Source: Tubiluchus corallicola (Eukaryota; Animalia; Priapulida). From it: DNA of 64,000 nucleotides. A model generated the notes under the pieces. The model saw only the letters and a list, made by a program, of their open reading frames with translations. It searched no databases and was not told the DNA's origin. Shown here one piece after another: positions 61,201 through 64,000 of the stretch. The stretch lies in NCBI GenBank assembly GCA_030141605.1, contig JAQGDQ010000373.1:1-64000 (forward strand). Direction: 5' to 3'. Both the position numbers and the translations under genes were made by a program. The first letter of the stretch is position 1, and each line of letters starts with the position of its first letter.

Positions 61201-63733
61201 ACAACAATAAAAACGTAAAATGACAAAACAACATTCGTACATAATAAGTAAGGTGAACAAAGAAAAAATAATAAAGACAGAAAACATTTTAAATTACGAT
61301 AACAATTTTATTATAGACAGTCAAAAACATACATAAACATCAGCAAAATAATTATATAAGGAGAACTTACTTCAATCAGCATTCGTAACTGTAAGCTATA
61401 CATATATATAAATAAATCATATAATTAACAATTTAATATGGGCATATACATCTGTACAAACAGTAAGTGTTATTATATAAAAGGCATTTCAACTAATTGT
61501 GATATCTGCTTAGATATAAATGCAGTGCAATTGTCAATAACTACTTATATATTAGGTAATACTGTCACTAATACAGCACAAGTAATCGTGTATTGGGTTC
61601 ATATATATATAAACATCCATTAATCCAAAATAGAGATTGGCGAAAATGAACTATCAGCTTAGGGCGTCATAATGCTTTCATATATATATATCACTTTTAA
61701 ACATGAGTTCTACTTGTACAACCCTAGGAGGAAATAGGATATTTATGGTGCATAATAGTTCCAGTTTTAATAACATTGCTTCTAATAAGCGTGATACATT
61801 TCCTTATGAGCTGTACTGGCTTACTGAACGGGAAAACCACCTACCTGGCTTCTCGTATGAAGAAATTTATCTACATACATACTACAACAAAATAATGTAA
61901 ATATTGTTGTAAATTATTACTAACAAATATTGATAAATCTCACTGTTATGTAATATGTGCGAATAAAATCTTATACAGTGGCTGCCGCTTATTGTGGACA
62001 CCTCGGGCCAGCAGTGTATGTCCATATTAAGCGGCTGTCCATATTAAGCGAAGTGACCCATGAAGACCCTTCCCCTTCATTAAAAAAGGCAAAAAACTGT
62101 CTGTATCAACTCGTCTCCTGTTTTATTGAAAAAAAGAAGTCAGACGAGTTTGTTTGGCAGGAAACTTTTCTCTCAACCTTGAACGGAAGGAAGTTATCAC
62201 AGTTTCGAAGCTCTCAAGGCCACGGCAAACGGCGAACTGACTGATGCAATGACTCACACAGGCAGCAGAGCGGGAAGCTCTTTTCAATCACGCGCGCAGG
62301 CCGTGGTTGGCACGGCTGGTTCACGTGCCAAGAATGTTCGCTGTCCATATTAAGCGGCGGTTGTCCATATTAACCGGCGGATTTTATTAGGGGAAAATTC
62401 CGTCCCTCGCGAGTTGTCCACAATAACCGGCTGTCCACAATAACCGTGTCCATAATAAGCGGCGGCCACTGTATATGTATAAATAAATATAATAAATATA
62501 TTAATATAGCCAAATATGTTTGTTCCAAAGTGTTAGTACCAAAATAGTAATGGATACATTGTTATCTAGCTGCATATTTGACAATATATTATCGTTGTTC
62601 TCTATTATTAGTTAAAAGGGTGTTTACCCTCGGAAGTCCGCCCTGAAGTGGATCGAATGATTGAGTTGCTGGGCCTTGCGGAGAAAAAGTACGCCCTCTG
62701 TCAGACTCTCTCTGGTGGTCAGAAGCGGAAGGTTTCTGTGGGCATTGCACTTGTTGGAGGATCTAAGGTACAGTAGTTTCTAAACCCAGTTACTAAACAA
62801 TAAAATGCATTAAAAAAATTATTGAATTTTGATTATTAATTATACTTGATAAACTATTTGGAATGATAGTGTCTGCGCTGGACTTGGATTCGAGACCTTT
62901 GGATTACAAGTCAACCAAAGTTACCCCATAGCCATGTCTTGGCATAGAGCTTGTCATCCAGAGGTTCCTGGTTCGACTCCAGGGTTGGTCATGTTTTTTG
63001 GTATTTTCTCTTTTTTATTCAAGTTTGGTTTAAAGAATACGATAACCTGGATTTTTCATTGTACAATTATTTTTTATCTTAAGATTGCAAATAATTATGT
63101 TGGAAAAATAATCACCATTAACAGATATTTTTCCAAACATATTTTTCAGCGATTCCTGTTCAAATAAAATCTTGCTGTGGCAGGCTCCCTGTTTCAGTTT
63201 CTATTCCAATCAAAAGTAATGATTGGATTAAGAAAGTTTGTTTAATGTGATTAGTGTAATTTCGTTAGCACTACTGCAACTGTGCCGACGCATTATATAT
63301 CAGTATATGTATGAATATGTGTACTGGTAATGCAGTTTGTGCTTATCTTGGTCATGGAAAATCAATATTTGATCAGGGAAAAGCCAGGGAAAGTAATTTT
63401 AAAATTCTGTCAGGGAAAATTCTGTGGGAACCCTGTAAAAGCATATAAATGTACGTGGAATTTGTTGTTTGGTACGATTAAGAAAAAATCTTCTTCATAT
63501 TACCATTCTTTAAATTTTTAAGGTAGTTATACTCGATGAACCAACATCGGGAATGGATCCGGTAGCTCGCAGACACACGTGGGACCTCTTGCAAAAGGAG
63601 AGAGTCAACCGAACGATTCTTCTCTCCACGCATTTCATGGACGAAGCGGATTTGTTGGGAGACCGGATAGCTATCCTTGCAACCGGAACTCTACAATGTT
63701 GCGGAACCTCACTTTTTCTTAAGAAACTTTACG
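40040..63733 (+). CDS. ABCA3: ABCA-subfamily (ABCA3-like) full transporter, copy B; 3'-partial, 14 exons from ATG to NBD1
   Basis: Exons 40040-40205, 42348-42500, 43575-43704, 45434-45591, 47862-47967, 48986-49127, 50575-50812, 53757-53930, 55906-56087, 56259-56396, 58865-58982, 60508-60662, 62612-62767, 63523-63733 join in frame (2227 nt). Motifs include N-terminal [32 protein letters not shown] and PGEFGVP. Confidence 0.93.
40221..40434 (+). mobile_element. MITE family R2, deleted copy
   Basis: aaagtcagggaaa repeats and tgtgggaatcctg end. Confidence 0.75.
42348..42500 (+). CDS. ABCA3: ABCA copy B exon: ECD1
   Basis: tgtag|[15 protein letters not shown]...WTIAYTPS...LGVN|gtaag. Confidence 0.88.
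42741..43150. repeat. ~204-bp tandem duplication
   Basis: acgagaaaaa.cagacatttacaaattgaag at 42741 and 42945, near identical. Confidence 0.9.
43284..43458 (-). mobile_element. MITE family R1, truncated copy 9
   Basis: One TIR plus ~170 bp. Confidence 0.8.
43575..43704 (+). CDS. ABCA3: ABCA copy B exon: ECD1
   Basis: ttcag|[43 protein letters not shown]|gtaaa; phases fit neighbours. Confidence 0.85.
43713..44500 (+). mobile_element. Decayed CR1/L2-clade LINE reverse transcriptase fragment
   Basis: FKKGD..NYRP.SL; SGFKPGDST; [11 protein letters not shown]; [14 protein letters not shown]; FADH; FNPQKT; carries stops and frameshifts. Confidence 0.9.
44850..45408 (-). mobile_element. piggyBac-like MITE family R3, copy 3
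   Basis: TTAA TSDs; reverse complement of R3; ends 25 bp before exon 45434. Confidence 0.88.
45434..45591 (+). CDS. ABCA3: ABCA copy B exon: ECD1
   Basis: tttag|[12 protein letters not shown]...[10 protein letters not shown]...[13 protein letters not shown]|gtgag. Confidence 0.9.
45714..46097 (+). mobile_element. MITE family R2, copy 5
   Basis: Perfect TIRs CAGGGTTCCCACAG / CTGTGGGAACCCTG. Confidence 0.88.
46480..46770. mobile_element. Dispersed repeat family R7 (inverted copy at ~50940-51290)
   Basis: tatagcctagggtgccaaagt...tataacacaccacaggcagttact is shared in reverse complement. Confidence 0.7.
47151..47454. mobile_element. MITE family R6, second copy
   Basis: Reverse complement of 26287-26587. 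Confidence 0.75.
47862..47967 (+). CDS. ABCA3: ABCA copy B exon: ECD1 end
   Basis: atcag|[35 protein letters not shown]|gtaaa. Confidence 0.92.
48829..49000 (+). repeat. 86-bp tandem duplication spanning a 3' splice site
   Basis: acaagttcgtt.taacaaaggtttccctcattgtttgactgattagtcttttttctAGgtttccattt occurs twice; AG at 48898-48899 and 48984-48985. Confidence 0.93.
48986..49127 (+). CDS. ABCA3: ABCA copy B exon: TM2
   Basis: tctag|[48 protein letters not shown]|gtaag. Confidence 0.93.
49512..49852. repeat. Long imperfect palindrome (foldback), ~160-bp arms
   Basis: aaacgtagttagtctgccatgtattattacaaacacattgtgcgttca... / ...tgaacgcacaatgtgtttgtaataatacatggcaggctaactacgttt. Confidence 0.93.
50575..50812 (+). 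CDS. ABCA3: ABCA copy B exon: TM3-TM4
   Basis: aacag|[18 protein letters not shown]...SDPTVVF...SVFFSK|gtaat. Confidence 0.95.
51985..52215 (+). mobile_element. R5-family fragment
   Basis: Matches 56900-57120. Confidence 0.7.
52535..52662 (-). other. STIMATE: Isolated exon similar to STIMATE/TMEM110, antisense in an ABCA copy B intron (orphan fragment or part of an overlapping gene)
   Basis: ttttccag|(W)[43 protein letters not shown]|gtaggt matches the TMEM110 pattern Y.I.FLLD.T.G...IY.G.R......W..L..GEYG as I recall it; both splice sites intact; no other exons found. Confidence 0.8.
53345..53720 (+). mobile_element. Dispersed repeat family R9 (second copy at ~55350-55705)
   Basis: aaaacttaattaacgg..ggcgagcccaactatt...gcgaatggcaaaatgcatgtaacagc is shared. 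Confidence 0.75.
53757..53930 (+). CDS. ABCA3: ABCA copy B exon: TM5
   Basis: tacag|[26 protein letters not shown]...[17 protein letters not shown]|gtaag. Confidence 0.95.
55063..55165 (+). mobile_element. tRNA-derived SINE head
   Basis: A box TAGTTCAATGG and B box GGTTCAACTCC, followed by non-tRNA gtcatactaaagact; acceptor stem does not close. Confidence 0.65.
55906..56087 (+). CDS. ABCA3: ABCA copy B exon: TM6
   Basis: cgtag|GSGVQWNN...[28 protein letters not shown]|gtaaa. Confidence 0.95.
56259..56396 (+). CDS. ABCA3: ABCA copy B exon: TMD1-NBD1 linker
   Basis: tgcag|PSYWFPYLY...[20 protein letters not shown]|gtgaa. Confidence 0.92.
56470..57125 (+). mobile_element. Tc1/mariner/pogo-like MITE family R5
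   Basis: TA|CAGTAAGTCCTCG...CGAGAACTTACTG|TA. Confidence 0.85.
57615..58114. mobile_element. hAT (Charlie-like) MITE
   Basis: CAGGGGTG...CACCCCTG with 8-bp TSD acctagcg / acctagag; subterminal GCGGGCC repeats. Confidence 0.88.
58865..58982 (+). CDS. ABCA3: ABCA copy B exon: NBD1 Walker A
   Basis: tttag|[40 protein letters not shown]|gtttg. Confidence 0.95.
59387..60430 (-). mobile_element. MITE family R5 with a nested insertion
   Basis: CAGTAAGTCCTCGCTTAACGAC...GTCGTTAAGCGAGGACTTACTG. Confidence 0.85.
59749..60073. mobile_element. Nested Tc1/mariner/pogo-like MITE
   Basis: TA|CAGTCAACCCTCG...CGAGGGTCGACTG|TA. Confidence 0.85.
60508..60662 (+). CDS. ABCA3: ABCA copy B exon: NBD1 Q-loop
   Basis: Same 155-nt exon and same protein as 3171-3325. 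Confidence 0.95.
61976..62471. mobile_element. Tc1/mariner/pogo-like MITE
   Basis: TA|CAGTGGCTGCCGCTTATT...AATAAGCGGCGGCCACTG|TA; internal tgtccatattaa repeats. Confidence 0.88.
62612..62767 (+). CDS. ABCA3: ABCA copy B exon: NBD1 signature
   Basis: Same 156-nt exon and same protein as 4716-4871 (LSGGQKRK). Confidence 0.95.
63100..63435 (+). mobile_element. MITE family R2, 5'-truncated copy
   Basis: Ends ctgtgggaaccctg; lies in the intron paralogous to the one holding 4980-5463. Confidence 0.82.
63523..63733 (+). CDS. ABCA3: ABCA copy B exon: NBD1 Walker B to H-loop
   Basis: ttaag|[13 protein letters not shown]...[37 protein letters not shown]|gtagg. Confidence 0.95.
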
Positions 63734-64000
63734 GTAGGCTGATTTTTGGGTAATCAATAACGCGTGAACCTCCTACATAGTGTTCGTTTACTGTTATTTT
63801 CCTTTTCACTGTGTTTCACTACGGAAGCCGGCAAGCTACCACCCAAGCTCAACATTAAGCTCAGTCACCCAGGCCTGTCTGTCTTATTATCATAGCTTTT
63901 TTGTATCATGAACGTGTATGTTCTAATAATTATGAATAAGCGGCAACACTAGTCGACCATTAATGCCCTGATTTGGTGGTAAATACGATACTTTTTAGTC

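Noticed and set aside
58865-63733. Copy B NBD1 as an uncollapsed haplotype of copy A
   Set aside because: Introns and exon edges are strongly diverged, which allelic copies would not show.

Overview
AT-rich eukaryotic (invertebrate-like) genomic DNA with GT-AG introns. It holds two tandem, same-strand, multi-exon ABCA-subfamily (ABCA3-like) lipid transporter genes. Copy A (1337-33781, 17 exons visible, 5' end outside the window) runs from NBD1 through TMD2 and NBD2 to the stop codon. Copy B (ATG at 40040, 14 exons visible to 63733, 3' end outside the window) covers TMD1 and NBD1. I spliced both by hand and all exon phases join into open frames (4008 nt for A, 2227 nt for B). Introns are filled with non-autonomous DNA transposons (piggyBac-, Tc1/mariner/pogo- and hAT-like MITEs, foldbacks), decayed LINE RT fragments, probable solo LTRs, tRNA- and 5S-derived SINE-like pieces and several minisatellites. 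Most notable: (1) the NBD1 core of the two paralogs is ~97% identical with sharp breakpoints inside exons while introns are mostly unrelated, suggesting exon-restricted gene conversion; (2) copy A has a ~190-aa Ser-rich TMD2-NBD2 linker with 17-aa tandem repeats of basic phosphosite motifs; (3) an intact, apparently orphan STIMATE/TMEM110 exon sits antisense in a copy B intron; (4) copy B has a duplicated decoy 3' splice site and an in-frame, stop-free hydrophobic intron; (5) disrupted CxxxC-rich peptide-like frames lie between the two genes. There are no prokaryotic features and no CRISPR. Family names come from motif recognition without database searches, and repeat boundaries are approximate unless a TSD is quoted.
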